Assembly (NCBI GenBank): GCA_964016885.1
Contig: OZ024743.1
Coordinates: forward strand, 260,400,001 to 260,464,000
DNA length: 64,000 nt
Direction of reading: 5' to 3'
DNA from: Eledone cirrhosa
Taxonomy: Eukaryota
Both the position numbers and the translations under genes were made by a program. A model generated the notes under the pieces. It was given only the letters and a program-made list of their open reading frames with translations. It had not been told where the DNA came from and did no database searches. This document shows, piece after piece, positions 62,901 to 64,000 of this stretch (its first letter is position 1; each line of letters begins with the position of its first letter).

Positions 62901-64000
62901 TAACAGGTGGCCTGGTACTAAACAATACTAACAGATGACATGGTACTAAACAATACTAACAGATGAGCTCGTAGTAAACAATACTAACAGATGACATGGT
63001 ACTAAACAATACTAACAAATATGACATGGTACTAAACAATACTAACAGATGGCCTGGTACTAAGCAATACTAACAGATGACCTGGTACTAAACAATACTA
63101 ACAGATGGCCTGGTACTAAACAATACTAACAGATGACATGGTACTAAACAATACTAACAGATGAGCTCGTAGTAAACAATACTAACAGATGACATGGTAC
63201 TAAACAATACTAACAAATATGACATGGTACTAAACAATACTAACAGATGACATTGTACTAAACAATACTAACAGATGAGATGGTACTAAACAATACTAAC
63301 AGATGGATCGGTACTAAACAATACTAACAGATGGCCTGGTACTAAACAATACTGACAGATGACATGGTACTAAACAATACTAACAGATGACCTGGTACTA
63401 AACAATACTAACAGATGACCTGGTACTAAACAATACTAACAGATGGCCTGGTACTAAACAATACTAACAGATGGCCTGGTACTAAACAATACTAACAGAT
63501 GACATGGTACTAAACAATACTAACAGATGACCGGGTACTAAACAATACTAACAGATAGCCTGGTACTAAACAATACTAACAGATGACATGGTACTAAACA
63601 ATACTAACAGATGGCCTGGTACTAAACAATACTAACAGATGGCCTGGTACTAAACAATACTAACAGATGACCTGGTACTAAACAATACTAACAGATGGCC
63701 TGGTACTAAACAATACTAACAGATGATCTGGTACTAAACAATGCTAACAGATGACATTGTACTAAACAATACTAACAGATGAGATGGTACTAAACAATAC
63801 TAACAGATGGATCGGTACTAAACAATACTAACAGATGGCCTGGTACTAAACAATACTAACAGATGACATGGTACTAAACAATACTAACAGATGACCTGGT
63901 ACTAAACAATACTAACAGATGACCTGGTACTAAACAATACTAACAGATGACATGGTACTAAACAATACTCACAGATGACCTGGTACTAAACAATACTAAC
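56926..64000 (+). repeat. 28-bp satellite ACTAAACAATACTAACAGATGACCTGGT, ~250 units, continues beyond the window
   Basis: Strict 28-bp periodicity; rare variants recur at 2913 and 2719 bp spacing. Confidence 0.99.

Noticed and set aside
56926-64000. CRISPR-like 28-bp repeats
   Set aside because: Head-to-tail monomers with no unique spacers, no cas genes, eukaryotic context

Overview
AT-rich, repeat-dominated animal genomic DNA. The SINE families and the density of (TA)n/(CA)n microsatellites look like an octopus/coleoid cephalopod genome; this is recalled from memory, not searched. No host protein-coding gene can be supported. Positions 1-29 kb are a mosaic of microsatellites, tRNA-derived SINEs, a 5'-truncated Dong/R4-type non-LTR retrotransposon relic, small TIR elements and several foldback (palindromic) elements sitting in (TA)n tracts. 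One foldback carries two minimal type I hammerhead ribozymes of the Penelope-like-element kind. A second foldback family carries only the 3' half of a hammerhead. Two CpG-richer islands carry CTCF-like motifs. Positions 29.2-54.4 kb are a 15-bp satellite derived from a GTAGT pentamer, with higher-order duplications. Positions 54.3-56.9 kb are an inverted duplication containing a filled/empty SINE site. A 28-bp satellite with a ~2.7-2.9 kb higher-order repeat runs from 56.9 kb off the end of the window. The long VVLCT ORFs are satellite artefacts.
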